Shown here one piece after another: positions 12,901 to 26,518 of a stretch of 64,000 bases of DNA. Origin of the DNA: Tubiluchus corallicola (taxonomy: Eukaryota; Animalia; Priapulida); the NCBI GenBank assembly GCA_030141605.1, contig JAQGDQ010000157.1, positions 1 to 64,000 of the forward strand, written 5' to 3'. The position numbers and the translations under genes were made by a program. The notes beneath the pieces are model-generated. The model was not told the origin of the DNA, made no database searches, and saw nothing but the letters and a program-made list of their open reading frames with translations. Position 1 is the stretch's first letter; each line of letters begins with the position of its first letter.

Positions 12901-13286
12901 TAACATATTTAGATGTTCTGAAGAAAGACTTACTAAATACTCCACTTGACATAAGTGACGTGAACACTTGGCATGTGGCAGCAGACCGGGGAAGCACCTA
13001 AGATGATAAGAGTTGTTAACGATAACGATATGTATCGATAATTATCGATACGAAAAGTTTGTTTTTTTAACATTATCGTATGGATAATGTTCTAGGAATA
13101 TCGTTATCGCACATAGAATTTGGCGCGTATCGCTGCTTAACGCTCACCTTCGTAAAATCACTTCACTTTGCTTTCCTTGCGTTTCTTACAGGGTTGTTTG
13201 AATAATTTTCTTGTACTTTCCTTCTACAATAGCAGCTTTCTTCGGTCAGCTTACTGGCACACGGATGCCAAGTGCAGCATTTTCAA

Positions 13287-13845
13287 AGAAAAATCGGATC
13301 CAATCTTAAACTGTAGGTCAAAACTATCTACTCTTTAAAATGTTGAAAGGAAACGTACTATTTTTTTCAAAAATGACTTACGTGAAAAAATTATTACCAC
13401 ACAAACATAATTTCGCATTCGCCCCACTAGTTTTTCGCTGTTAGATGCATTTCGCCATTTACTAGTTAGACGGGCAGTAGCGGCTACATTTCGGAAGCGT
13501 TTTGCACAAAAAACAGGTGCTGTTCCTCTCAGTTCAAATCTGTTAGTTTGTGATGAACTCCACACGTTCGACAGCCCAATGCCGTGAGCACAGCGGTAAA
13601 TTTTAAATTTGAATTTTTATCTCAAAACTCGTCTAGTTTCAGTACAACACACGGAATATCTTACAGTAGCACTGTGCTTCAATTTTCGCTTTCGCAAACA
13701 CGCGCAACACGCTCGTGCAATGTTTTTTAAATCTATAATTTAGATTATAATTCAGAAACGCTTTTGCAGCATTAATTGTATTAAAATATATACATTTTTC
13801 GGATTTGAAAATGGGGTAGTATATGAAACATCATCCTGTCTTCCT
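13287..13845 (-). mobile_element. Kolobok-like family A copy
   Basis: Begins agaaaaatcggatccaatcttaaactgtagg and ends GTCTTCCT + TTAA. Colinear with 26519-27139. Confidence 0.8.
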
Positions 13846-13880
13846 TTAAAGGTATTTTTCCAGTTACGTGCAGGCAGTAT

Positions 13881-14122
13881 AGCTCACATAAATAAATATA
13901 TTAAATATATAAATACGTAATATATTTGTCTGTCGCACCTCACATATTTATATTATTTTACGATTAAACAAAGAGAATCTTGTCATTTATTACCCTGCAA
14001 CTCACATAAATAAATATTTTACGTAGCAATAGATGAATAAGTAATGTATTTGTCTGTCACGACCCACACGTTAATATTATTACATGTATATGACTAGACA
14101 AAAGAACCTTGTCATAAATTAC
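13881..14122. repeat. Diverged tandem dimer, ~120-bp unit
   Basis: ctcacataaataaatat...tatttgtctgtc...cttgtcat occurs twice, from about 13883 and 14001. Confidence 0.7.
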
Positions 14123-14842
14123 ATGTATCTATACATTAATCGGGAAACAGGAAGTTTCCGTACCCTGAGACACTTTACATAATAACTAACCGCACTCTCA
14201 AGGTCGTTTTTATCGTTCGAAATAATTTATCGTAGCGTCTGGCAAACAGATTATCCATATCGTATTGTATCGGGAATTTAGTATCGTTTAAGTTTTTAAA
14301 GTCATTATTGTACATATATCCTTAAAAGCTTCCTGCATTACCTACAGAAACGAGCCGTGGAACACTGTTAGGTTCATTTCACAGTCAAGACGCAAGGAAA
14401 CCTGACTCACAGAACCTGACTCTTTACCATGCAACAAGAAAGTTCAATTCACAATGAAACCGTGCTGGTGTTTTTCCGAGCGTCTACTTAGCTACAGCTA
14501 CTTTGTGAGTTTTATACTACATAACTATGCCCAAATTAAGTTATACTTGCTGTATTATTCATATAAAAAGTGCAATTAATAATGTTAGTCAATGTAATGT
14601 CAGACCTGTTAGTTTTTTAGAAAAGTTCTACTAAACACTTCAAAATCTGAAAACGTACATATATCAAATAAAAATACGCGCGCATTATTTTTCTTTTCAC
14701 GAATATGGCCGTCAATGTTGTATTAATAAAACATAAAATCGTCAGTCTGTTAAAAGAGAGATTAAATCTTAGAATTTTATGCTGAAATGTATTAACTGCA
14801 GTTCGTTAAATAAGAAAGAAGTAATTGAGTAGTTAAATTTAA

Positions 14843-15063
14843 GACAAAATTCTGCGAGGATTCCTCACGAAAATGGAACATGCAGTATTTCTTCCATGCG
14901 GCAAAATTCCTCACAAGGAGGATGCATAGCTTCTAGCTGGCAGCAGAATTCCTCACGAGGAACTGCACGAGGAATTTTACCGCGCGTCCTCACTGTGAAA
15001 TGCGCCATATAAAACAATGTCTTTCATTTTCGTGAGGAATGCCGCAAGGAATTTCTCGTCGGG
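14843..15063. mobile_element. Small palindromic MITE with internal ttcctcac repeats (EnSpm/CMC-like GGG end)
   Basis: attcctcacgaaaatg at the left pairs with cattttcgtgaggaat at the right. The right end reads tttctcgtcggg. Confidence 0.55.
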
Positions 15064-15375
15064 GCATTTTGCTGCGCGTCTTCACTGAAATGGGACATAC
15101 AAGTATGGAATATTTTTTAGTCATACTGTGTAATAAAATCCACAAACAACAGCAACTAAACGTGCGTGAAATGTTACGCAATCTTACCGTACCTTCGCCG
15201 CTTTATCAAACCGCAAATGGAAATGGTTATCCCTTCATCGGTTATATCTACCTCATCGCCTCCGCAGGCATCCGGGATAGCATCCCGCAAAAGTTGCCAT
15301 CGCTTGAACAATCGCTGCCACATTTCCGACGCAACACTGTCCTGAGCCCGGCGACGATACATGGTTAACTCGCAC

Positions 15376-15450
15376 AATTCGATTAAACCGAGGTTAATTT
15401 GTATAATTCGATTAAACCGAGGTTACTTCATATAATTCGGTTAAACCGAA
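15376..15450. repeat. Minisatellite, ~29-bp unit, about 2.5 copies
   Basis: aattcgattaaaccgaggtta is repeated. Confidence 0.8.
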
Positions 15451-16972
15451 AACTGATACACGAGTCCTGCTTCTAGCCTCTAAAGTTTGCTGCCCATTAA
15501 CAACTTACAGTGTGTTTAAAACGCATCTGTCATATAAGTACATGCACTCATTTACATATATAGAACTCACATTATTCGAGCTCGTGGACGATACACCGTT
15601 AAGTCACAATTCAACTTAACCGAAAATTGAAAAGATAAGTTGAGCTGTTTCTGAAATTTAGCTAAACACCAACAGTTACTGCGTTTTACAAATATATCTA
15701 TAATAACTGTATTCACATTCGCTTAACACACACTACCGATGTGATTAAATTGAGTCCCGATAGGGCAGCAGTGATAGATCTGGTAAGCGACTGGTTTGCC
15801 ACTTCAGTCACACAATTCAGCCAAAGGCACTAAGAAAACTCGTAATGTTGGAATACACCAGCTTAAAACGTATTTCTAACAGCCACCACACGTTTTATGG
15901 CAGCCATAATTTGTTTTTTCTCTTTATTCAATACATGGATGTCTTCAGTACGTGGTACGCAACTCATTAAGAGTTCTTGCAAAGGCTTCGTTAAAACACT
16001 CGACGAATTTAAAATCACGTGATCTTCATTTCCCACAAACTACTACAGTTCGACAAAGAAATTCTTCGGTCTCTATGCGCCTAGTATAAATTCATATCCT
16101 TTCAGCCTGTCAAAACGCTTTTAGGGATTGACTTCTCCAAAACACTGCAAAGTAGACAACGTACTGTCGTCGGCAATGGCCACTCGAAAGGAAATATCCA
16201 TTACTTTTACCTGGCTTTTACAAATGCTAAGTTGCGTCTCCATCTTTCAAGGGAAGAAAAATGTTTAAAGATCAACACCACTTTACCACTACGGTGCAAC
16301 CATGATGGCGACAACAACATTTGAAGATACTGCCAGACGGACGCTGCTTGTCAAGCGATCAACTAGACGCTATTTACTGCTCAATAACTGGGAATTTTTA
16401 AACTCTCTTTCTCACTGCTCAGCGAGATTTTTGAATTCCCTTCAGGTACATTGATTAAACCGTCTCAATTATTAACAGACTTCGAATACAGCTTCGTGTT
16501 AAAGACGAATCAATGAATGCAAACGGAGAAATACAAGACGCTCTCTCTCTCTGGGGAAAAGCGACAAGAACTAGAACAAGACAGAAATCCTCACGTCTCG
16601 TTTACATTCGCATAGTTCGTTAAGAGAAAAGCTGAAAGGTGCAACAGCTTCTACAGTAATTTTCATAAATGGCTACACCAGTTTTGAGAAAGAGTTTTTG
16701 TCGCATAACACTCAAAGCATGTAAAGTGGTGGAACAAAAAACGGTACCATCAATTATAGGTTACCTTTAAAGTACTTTTGCTTTTATTAATTCAATAGTT
16801 ATTTCCAGGTGGCGATACTGGTGTTTTAAACACTACCTGTGGGCCTTCCAATCACTGATTCCGTTGAAATTACCATATAAATCTACAATTAACCCTGACA
16901 GCAAACGAATTAATTTCGTTTTTTGTCGTGTAATAGACTTCTGTAACTGACGCAAAGTCTTAAGCATAAAAT

Positions 16973-17618
16973 CATAGGCGTACGAGGCGGGGGGTCGGGG
17001 GTGTTGCCCTCCCAGGGCAAATGAATTGTACATTTACCGGGCTAAAGCTGATTATTTTCAGGGCAAATAATTCTGTTTTGAAATTTCAAAATTTGAGATT
17101 TCGATGTTCAAAAATTACTTACGTACTGCATTAGGCTCACCTCTTTTCACTGGCTGCAACTAAAGCGTCTCTTTTAACTTTTAATAATTGTAAAGTTATA
17201 ATAGTGCCTGCTATCAATTTTAGTTCACTAAACCTCATAAGTACTTTTTATACACTTGTTAAGTACATGCTCCTCAATGTGCTGGAAAAATTATAGACAT
17301 ATTTGCAAAAAGAAAACATAAACCGCCGCCATTTTTTTCTTTTGAATTTCTGAAACATTAGAAAAAGTATTACGAAAGTATTTGCATGTTTGTTCAGTGA
17401 AAATGCAAACCTTCGGCTTGTGTCTTGTTAGACTCCTGATTTTTTTTTAATAAATGATTTTATAATTTGAACTTCTTGCATTTATATGCTGTATTACTAT
17501 TGCAATTGCTATTGTGCCAGGAGATGATTACCCCTCCCTTCAAACTAGGGCAACTTGGAAAATTTTCAGGGCAAATTCCCTATGATCCCCTTGTGAAATT
17601 TTCTCCAGTACGCCAATG
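16973..17618. mobile_element. hAT-like MITE
   Basis: TIR CATAGGCGTAC / GTACGCCAATG. The 8-bp TSD cataaaat / cacaaact matches at 6 of 8. Subterminal agggcaa repeats. Confidence 0.75.
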
Positions 17619-19039
17619 CACAAACTTAATTCAGATCATCTGATGGCACCCATGGCTGCATCAGTTTACGTTTACTTTGCAAGTGTTTCAAGTGTTTGCA
17701 AAATGATTCAACTCTCACTCAGTAGAACGCAAAAGGGTCTTTCTTCTTTAAATACATATTGAATATTTCAAAAAAATATCGTCCAGTGCCGTCCATAACT
17801 GTCAATGGTTCATAAAAAAACTGTCCATAGGTGTCAACGGTTCAACTTTAATGAGTAACGATCCACAGATATTGTTACCTTTTAACAACACAGCGCTATG
17901 CGATGTCTTGTTGAAAATAATAATTACAGTTTCAACAAAAAAAATTTAAGCAGAAAACTGAACATGGATTTGTTCACAAAATCCCACAGAAATTTATAAA
18001 ATTGAGTAAACGAAGGAGCCGATAATAATCCCCTCTTAACTGACAAGTGGAAATTGCATAGAAAACACGCGTAATATTCCTTCATTTCACAAGCGTTGCT
18101 GCTTCTCACTTCATTAAAAATAATTATCTTGCAGAATCGCAATAAAGATCAATTTGCAACAGAGTTTTTCTCAGTGACGGACGACACGTCGCAATCTGCG
18201 CAGTATCCGAAGTCGTCGTTTGATCATTATCATTGAAAAATAACACTTCCGTAATTGCTCCTGTTATAATCTGTCGACGGAACAACATCGTTTTGTCAAA
18301 ATAATGAGTTTGCCGCGGTGGCCGGTGCGAAAAAAACGCGCTTGCGTCATCACTGGTTGACGTGCGGATAAAATGGCAAAAACTGCGAGTCGTTCCACTA
18401 AGTGCAACAACCGCGGATTATCTCCAATCAAACAACCCAACAGAACTGCACAAATAATCACCAGTATTCTTGCTATGTTCTTAAGAAGCCAACCCCCCAG
18501 GCAGGTAAGGCAGTATAATGAAGCCTCGCGCGCTTCCTTCAGGTGTGAAAATTACTGTAGTTCAAAGCGGATGGGTGGATCCAGGATCGGGGTAGTTAAG
18601 AAAATGGCTGTTTCACTCTGCAACGCTAAAGTAGGCGACAACTCAACTCTCAGGAAATCAACCGTCTGGTAATCAGCCCTTGGAGCCAAGAAAATGAATT
18701 TTGAAATGAAAACGCAACACATTGAATTAGCTTTTCTTGATCACAGGTCTATTATGGTGGAAATGTCAAGCCATGCATGGAACGTGTCTATAATAAGCCA
18801 GTGACATCTTGGATAATAAGGGCGCATCCACCGGAAGAAATGAGGCAACGGATGTTTTAGTGCATGAAAAAGAATTAGGGTACATTTACATTCACACTGG
18901 GTGTGAATGCACCGTAATTATGGAATACATTATGTGTGCTATAAATGTTGATTGACTGCGTTCATTTTAACATGATTTTTTTAACATACACGTTTTATAT
19001 TGACCGATATGCAAGTGGAGAGACACTTGTTCAAACGAA

Positions 19040-19200
19040 AGATCAAGACTATTATTACCCCACTTTTACCCTAAATATCCTGTACCACGCACCAGGCAGG
19101 GCAATAGCAGGTATCATTTTTAAAGTCTCTGGTACGACGCGGCTGCAGTATTGAACTCACGACCTCCCAAACCGAAAGTGGACGCGTTACCACTAGACTA
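19040..19200 (-). mobile_element. tRNA-derived SINE (core resembles MetaSINE domain)
   Basis: The minus strand reads tagtctagtgg (A box) ... gagttcaatac (B box), then gtcgtaccagagactttaaaaatgatacctgctattgccctgcctgg. The family name is from recall. Confidence 0.7.
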
Positions 19201-20219
19201 AACCTATAAATTTTTATTTGAAGAAACACCATGCCAAAGGAAAACCCGTAGTGTACTCAAAACACCCTAGAATTCACCACCGTTTACACCACGAAGGGTC
19301 GATATCCAATGGCGGTAGTCAACCGTAAAATTATGTATTTTGTTTTTTGAAGAATGTGTTTGCAATACAAGGTGCTACTGTAAAACAATCTGTTTTATTT
19401 AATTCAATTTTACAAGACTTTCCGATGTCGTTTTTTTTTGGTGTGAAATATTTTGCTTTTGGCAAATCTCTTTCTCACCTTTCTCACCATCCTCCTGGTA
19501 GATTTTCATCTGTCAGCCGGCGAACACTTGATAACGTCTCTCCAGGTGTCTCTGTCTTCATACGTAGACAAATCTCTGCCAAATATTGGCAAATCTCTGC
19601 CCAGAGAAATACTGACAGACTTGGAGAGAGATAGGTCTAACTTAAAATGTATTTTACACGGTAAAACATAAAATGAAGATAGGTCTAGGTTTATACATCT
19701 TCTCTGCATACTGGCTTTTCACTAATATTGATTTTTCTACCGCACGCTGAGAATTTTAATTTGCCAAAATTTTCCATAATCGAGATTGTTCTTTGTTAAG
19801 AATCAAATATTCATGAATGCTGCTGTTTTGTAAGATAATAAACAAGGTAATGTGAGTTGAAAATGATGAGATTGAAAAAGTTCAGTTCCTGTAGTGTCGA
19901 GTCCAATTAACTTAAAATCCATTGAATAAGGAAATTAAAAAAAGTTTGAATAAAGTAAGATGCGGTAAGGAGCAGGATATATTATAAAACTTGAATCTAT
20001 GTGCTATTAAGTAAGCTTAATAATACTGTAGTAATACAGTGGAGTGAGGTGTATGGCCGGGTGGTCACGACAAAGTTAAACAATGCTGAGGTTTGCCAGT
20101 GAATGGATGCTCAGTCATCACATAAAAAATGCAAGGAATTTTTTGTTTGTTTTCATTTTAAATGTCCCACAAAACTGTAATGACCGCGCCATTACATGTT
20201 GCCATATACTCGCAACGTA

Positions 20220-20660
20220 AATCGAGGGCAGAAAACGAAATGTTAAACTATGTCCAAAAAAACTTTGCACACAAAGTTATATTACATAGCATTACACTTG
20301 CCTACTGGAAAGACTTATGTAACTAGAAAAGAAAATTCTTAGTTAGTTAAAATGTTTGTGCCAAATGGAAAAATATCATGATCCACCTTCCCAGTGTGCA
20401 CCACTGGCTCGCTAAATACGTGTTATTAAACTTACTGACAAGATACAGTAATTTAAACTTTTGCTTAGTTAGCGAAAAATGTGTAACGATTTCTTTTCAA
20501 ACTTTGTGCAATGTTATTTAAACTTGTTTCACACGACTTACCGTTAAAATGGCTGCGCCTAACAGTCATCACGGGAGTTTAAAGTTTAATACAAGCTCTG
20601 CATGCAATCAGACAGCATGTAAGTGATATAGAATTCAAAGAAAATTTTCTTAGCTTCATG
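20220..20660 (-). mobile_element. Kolobok-like family B, diverged copy
   Basis: Reverse complement of 22921-23390, e.g. cagcatgtaagtgatatagaattc vs gaattctatatcgcttgcatgctg, and ccactggctc vs gagccagtgg. Confidence 0.7.
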
Positions 20661-20791
20661 TAAGTAAACGTTTTATAATAATTTTTACTATGTGCTATAA
20701 TAATTTTCTAAAATGTTGGCTTGATTAAAATCTTCCTGTTGTTATTCGAAGTTATCACTCAATTTTCTTTGCTTTTTTATTTTATCTTTAA

Positions 20792-21411
20792 AGGAAAACA
20801 TGATGATTTTTCATATACTACCCCATTTTCAAGTACGGTAAAAAGTAAACATTTTAACACAATTAATACTGCAAAAGCGTTTCTGATAATTAAATAATAG
20901 ATTAAAATCTTAATTAACGGCAGGAGAGCCCAACTATTGATGACATCACAAACAAACAGAATTTTCAACAGCACAAACATTCCATGAGCGTGTTGCACGT
21001 GTTTGCAAAAGCGAAAATTGAAGTACCATGCTATTGTAAGAGATGTAGTGTGTTGTGCTAAAACTCAGCAAGTCCTAAGATATAACTCAAATTTCAAATT
21101 TACTGCTGTGCTCACGCATAGGCTGTCGAACATGTGCACTACGTCACAAACTAACATCTCTGAACTGCGAGGTACAGCACCTGTTCCTGTGGAAACGGTT
21201 TTCGAACTGCAGGCGCTAGCACCCATCTAACTAGCGAATGGTAAAATGTATGTAACAGCGAAGTACTGCACGTGGCGCGAACGCGAAATTGCATTTGTGT
21301 GGTAACATTTCTTTCACGTAAGTCGTTTTTGAAAAAACAGTATGTTTCCTTCAAATATTTTATAGAGTAGATTGTTTTGACCTAAAGTTCAAGATTGGGT
21401 CCGGTTTTGCT
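20792..21411 (+). mobile_element. Kolobok-like family A, full-length 620-bp copy
   Basis: TTAA|AGGAAAAC ... GTTTTGCT|TTAA. Several other copies occur in the window. Confidence 0.85.
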
Positions 21412-22594
21412 TTAAATATTGGCTTGGTTAAAATCCTCGAGTTGCTATGCGAAGCTATCACTCTTTTTTCTTTGATTTTTTTTTACTTTATCTTTAATAT
21501 GAAAACAGTAATTTTAACTTTTTGGACTATCAAGCAGTGTACGCAATAAACAGCTATATTTCGAACAACTCGTGCATAAAATACTATAAAATGTATTTTT
21601 ATAAGAGACATACAAAACAAGCAACGGCTTAAACGCAAATGCAAAACGGATTTTAAAAACTAGTGGAAGGAAAGAACTCAGTCAGGATGCATATACAAAA
21701 GATCACATGACAAGAAGGCGCTACATAGTAAACACATTTCATTTTCAATCTTTCGGTTATAAATAGCTCAAGATTTGCTAAGACTTGTTGCTTATAAATC
21801 TCCAGAGGTTCTTCTTGCTCTATCACACGCAGCTGTTACGGTAAACTGCTAAATGATTACATTTCTGCGTCATTTCCCGGCAAATCCCAACCTCGGGGTA
21901 TTCGAAAAATACGACTGCACAATCAAATGATTAATAACACGATTTTACTTAGAGAAATTAGCAGCGAGAAGAAATTGTCATTACTGCAAATTGCAAGGAA
22001 GTGAACAAGAAACACAATGAAATGAAAATAAAGCAGTGATGGTGAAGATTACTCTGTTTTCCGTTTACAAAAAAACTGATTTCTATTTTCAATCAACAAA
22101 TAACAAAACTGCTTCAAAAAATACTTATAATCTGATATATGTCCAAGGTCAGCAGGCTTGAACTCATTGCTGTTTGATAACTGATTAAACATGTTGACCA
22201 CTGCGTGACCGATTGGCTTACTCTCGTATGACTTTTCTCTAATCAAATGCTCACAAGTACTGCTTGATTTCATAAAGTTTTCTTGCGATTTTTTGAATAA
22301 GCTTTTCACAGTCCCAGCGATACTGCGCGGACTAATACATAATTAAGTAAAGTAGACGTAAAACAACTGAAGTTACTGAACTGATGTGGCAGACGGCTTT
22401 GCTTTACACACGTCATGTGACGGTTATAGTTAAGAAGCGTTGCTGAGGTATACTTAACCTCTTACCTACAGCAACTGCGCATGCGCACAACGAAACTGTG
22501 AAAAGCTTATTAAGAAAGAACAAGCAGACCAGAACGTCTGAGTAACACTCAAAAGACCTAAGATTCAAATCCTTGGCTATGTAACTCAGAATTT

Positions 22595-22625
22595 TCACTG
22601 AAGATTTATGAGCGTTTTATAATGC
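22595..22625 (-). CDS. Candidate orphan gene, putative terminal coding exon (W-HYKTLINLQ*)
   Basis: Acceptor tatttctgtcag|g. Phase 2 matches the preceding exon, and the other two frames stop sooner. Confidence 0.35.
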
Positions 22626-22920
22626 CTGACAGAAATAGTTAAGTGATCACTGTAGGTGCTTAGCGACCGAAATTAAAAAATGTTGGGTCTCATTAGAAAA
22701 TGGATGAGTGACTTATCTCTGGTCCATTACCTCATCTTAGCTGACATTAGCTAAGTTCTGGTTCTGCCACAATCATCAACATGCTAGTTAGGCCTGCTTA
22801 CTCACTCCAACTTTATAGTTCTGCCCAAGTATAGTAAAGTATGGTAAAGGAATCTACAACTTAATGCTAACTGTTGAAGAACAAATACACGTAGATGTGC
22901 ACTGATTTAAATTCTGTTAA

Positions 22921-23390
22921 AGGACAAGAAAACACTCTTCATAAATAACATTCAAAAATTTATCTTGGAATTCTATATCGCTTGCATGCTGTTTTGCGTT
23001 AGCAGTAATATTGTATAAAACTTGTAAATTTAAACTCCCGCGATAACAGTTAGGCGGAGCCATTTTGAAAGTAAGTTATTCGAAACAAGTTTAGATAATA
23101 TTGCCTAAAGTTTGAAAAAATAATCAGAGCATCCGTAGCACATTTTTAGCTAATTAAGCAAACGTTTAAGTTACTTTATGTTGTCAATACCTCATCTTCA
23201 ATAGTGTATTTTTTGGTGAGCCAGTGGTGGACACTGGAATGGTGATGCAGATGGCATGAATATTTTAAATTATAAAGAATTTTCTATTCTAATTACGCAA
23301 GTATTTCAAGCTGGTAAGATAATGCCAAGACATATAACTTTGTATGGAAAATTCTTTGAGATGCGCTTTAAAATTCTCTTTTCTTTGCCT
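22921..23390 (+). mobile_element. Kolobok-like family B, 470-bp copy
   Basis: TTAA|AGGACAAGAAAA ... TTTTCTTTGCCT|TTAT. A second copy lies at 20220-20660. Confidence 0.7.
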
Positions 23391-24075
23391 TTATTCATTC
23401 CTCGGATAATATCAGCACTTTGCTCAATTTAACATTTTCAATGCAAAGGGTAGTAACCATCTTCATGCCCTAGAAATTATGCTTCATGACGACATGACTG
23501 ATATCCCGGTCAACATTTGGAGGATATGGCACATATGAAGAAAATAAGCTTATATCAAGCTATTGACATTAGAGACTAATCCCATTGTATTCAAGATCAG
23601 CTGACAGCTCTAAGTAGAGCATGGCTGCACAGTCAATGTCTTTCCATGTTTTTGGCCACATAAATTGATGTTATTTTTGCTGTTGTGTTGCTCTCAGACC
23701 ACTGACTCCATAATCAAGGAATATTGATCTTTACAGATGTTGCTTGTCCATTTCATCTGTTAAAAATAATCTGTTTTTCATCGCTCTTTGTTGTTATTTG
23801 TGCATTTCAGATGTAACCCCACTGACCCCCACCCCTGTTAGTTAAATAAACTACTTTAGTTACACTTTAACAACTATAATATAATCTAAAAGAAACCAAT
23901 GCGGAAGACAGTTTTATGCCCATCTAAATTTTGAAAAATATGTTCATTTGTAATAAATAACTACTGCAGCCCATACTGAATACATCATCCCCGTGACTTC
24001 ACTGTTTTAGTGATTTTCACAGAATTTCAAGAAATGTAAAAGAAAATAAATATATTTATAAATATATATTGAAAA

Positions 24076-24600
24076 ACGGGGTGAATAGGGACAGTTTGTA
24101 ATTTTTTTTTCTAAGTTGTGTTTGGTAGTTATATGGCCACATACACAATTTATCTTTCGAAGGTATTGTACTTAAGATAAAAAAAATCGTACATTGTTTT
24201 TGGATTTAAAAACCCCACATTTTTGGATGAATAGGGACAGCCTTATTTTTAGTTCTTGCGCCCATCTTGCATTACATGAGGTGAAAAGCGACACAACTTG
24301 CATTTCAAAAAACGTGCTTTAAAATCAGCTACTTTGATATCTAGGATAAATTTACAAAACTTGGTTAGATAACACTGCACCTAGCTGGCACAATCTATTG
24401 AATATCATCAAATATCAAAATTTACCATTCTCTCCAGTTAACTTTATATCTTAGAACTAAACCCAACATTTTAGGATGGGCTGTAGCTTCCAAAATTTGC
24501 TCATTGTACTGTGTTAGTCTTGTGTTGTTTTACTGACTGTATTATGCTCCAACAGGAAGTCGTTTGTACGTGCATGGCATGCTGTCCCGATTCACCCCGT
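24076..24600. mobile_element. pogo/Tc1-mariner-like MITE
   Basis: TIR acggggtgaatagggacag / ctgtcccgattcaccccgt (18/19), with an internal copy tgaatagggacag near 24228. The extreme termini are eroded. Confidence 0.75.
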
Positions 24601-24833
24601 TATTTATATCAAACTAAGTCTAAAATTGCTGAAAAATTCACAAAAAAATAAAGAGTGACTCAAAACTGGAAAAATTGTTAGGTAATACTGAAGATAAATC
24701 GCTCAACTGCCAGCTACAAAATAATCTCCTCTGGTCGCCACTGACAGACTTTCCAGTGAGTATTTTTAATGCATATGTTCTGCATTGAAATAAATTTCTA
24801 CATAGGAATACGCTATGATAAAACTGCACTCAC

Positions 24834-25441
24834 CATAAAGGCAGCAGACTTTTCCCATAGCAATCTTCCGTGCTTCTGTCTGGTAGCAACTCAGGATGCG
24901 ATAAGAAGATGTCGTCCTCGTCAATTCCATAAAACTCGGGAATAGATGGCGGTTGATAGTAATGGGGAAACTTTTGGGAAAAATGAAACTGCTGTGTCCC
25001 AGTACTAGAAATTTTTAATGTGCAATGAGGCTCAGACCAGTTGCAAGAAATCTCACTGTGCGATGGAATGTTAGCATGATGTCGTGTTCCAGGAAAAGTA
25101 GAAGTTACAGTTTTGTTATCAGTAGAATAAAAGCTGTTTGCGGAAAAGGGATATTTCTGAGGTAATTTTTTATCATGTAAGGACAACGGTCTAGTTGCAT
25201 GTAAATTAAATGCAGGTTGGTGGTACGTTCCATTGATAAAAAATGAACCGATGCTTTCCTTTTGAAATCTTTCAACTAAAATGTGTGGAGTTTGCAGAAA
25301 CTGGTTGTTGCGGGTAACCGAAGAGTCTTTGTGGCAATATTTTAAGTTTTGGTCATCTTGAGGATGCTGCAGTCTCGAATTTAGGGAAGATAGGAAAACA
25401 GTTTGTTCTTCATCCCAGTCCTGTATGCTCTGGCCCTGTAC
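24834..25441 (-). CDS. Candidate orphan gene, large internal exon (608 nt, VQGQSIQDWDEEQ...YGKSLLPL)
   Basis: Stop-free for 202 codons between acceptor ttttgcgttag|gta and donor tg|gtgagt. It extends track ORF 24830..25186 upstream in frame. Confidence 0.6.
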
Positions 25442-26518
25442 CTAACGCAAAAATAACTTTTTAATTCAGATATCGCACAAAATTATGATTAATATGCCTA
25501 TTTAATTGCAAAGACGTTTCCCTATCTTACCATCAACTTCTTATAGCTTAAACTGCTGAAATGTGCTAAGTAATACAGACACATGATTCTGGCAAAAAGT
25601 GCCTAAGTGCAACTGCAGACACAACTCACTGTAATACATTTCCAGAACATGGCCCAAACTGGATATGACTCCCAGCCTCAACATAAACGATTAGAGGTTT
25701 AGGGACCTAAAAGAAACAAAATTTTCAGGTTCTGGCATCATAGAATTGGAAATTAAAAAATAACTTGGCTAGGGATCGGAAAAACTGCTACAGTGAGTTT
25801 GTGTTAAGGTCTACATAAAATTTAATAATTAAAAGGAAATATAAATAGCTAGAAATCTGTGATTAGAGATATTTCAAGTTTAAACTGTATTTTGAGTTTT
25901 CCTGTGCTATGCCTATGAGTAATCCTTAAAGAAATCCTGTGTATTTTAACGAAACCTGAATCACAATACATTAAATGAGGATGTATATACACGTATATTA
26001 TAACTGTTTCTCACTATTTTCTCAGCTTGTACCATCATACAGGTTGCTCTTTAAAGTTTTATTTTTTAATTTGAGCTATTCAAAAAATGATAAGAAAAAC
26101 AGACATTTTTGGCCGCTTTAGCCCATTTTTGCCATTAAAAATAAAAATCAATTTTTCTGAGTCATTTATATTTTAGATCCTTCTTTCAATTCTGCCTAAT
26201 AAAGAATTTCACTTTATTCATTATAACCTTGTAGAAACCGACACCAGGCATTAATTACAGGCATAACTACACAATTATGCTATATAGCCTAAAATTATAT
26301 AACATCAATTCATGACTATTATAATCACCACTTTAATATCTGACTTGATTTGATTTGCTAAAGCAATAACTTGAAAACAACTGCTGTTGTTTATGTTATT
26401 TATTTTAGCTACATGAATTCTGAATCCTGTGAACAATTCTAAACCTTACTGCATTACACCTGTAGCTACACTGGGCAAAAACTGGCTTAAATTAATTGTT
26501 AATAGTAGGCAGTTGAAA

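Larger units (their letters stand above)
13008..14290. mobile_element. Old hAT-like element with CGATA/TATCG-rich subtermini, hosting a Kolobok-like copy
   Basis: Clusters of acgata/tatcgata at 13019-13090 and tatcg at 14210-14290. Termini are degraded. Confidence 0.35.

Noticed and set aside
16125-16325. ~65-codon open frame after an AG on the + strand
   Set aside because: No recognisable protein similarity and no partner exons found.
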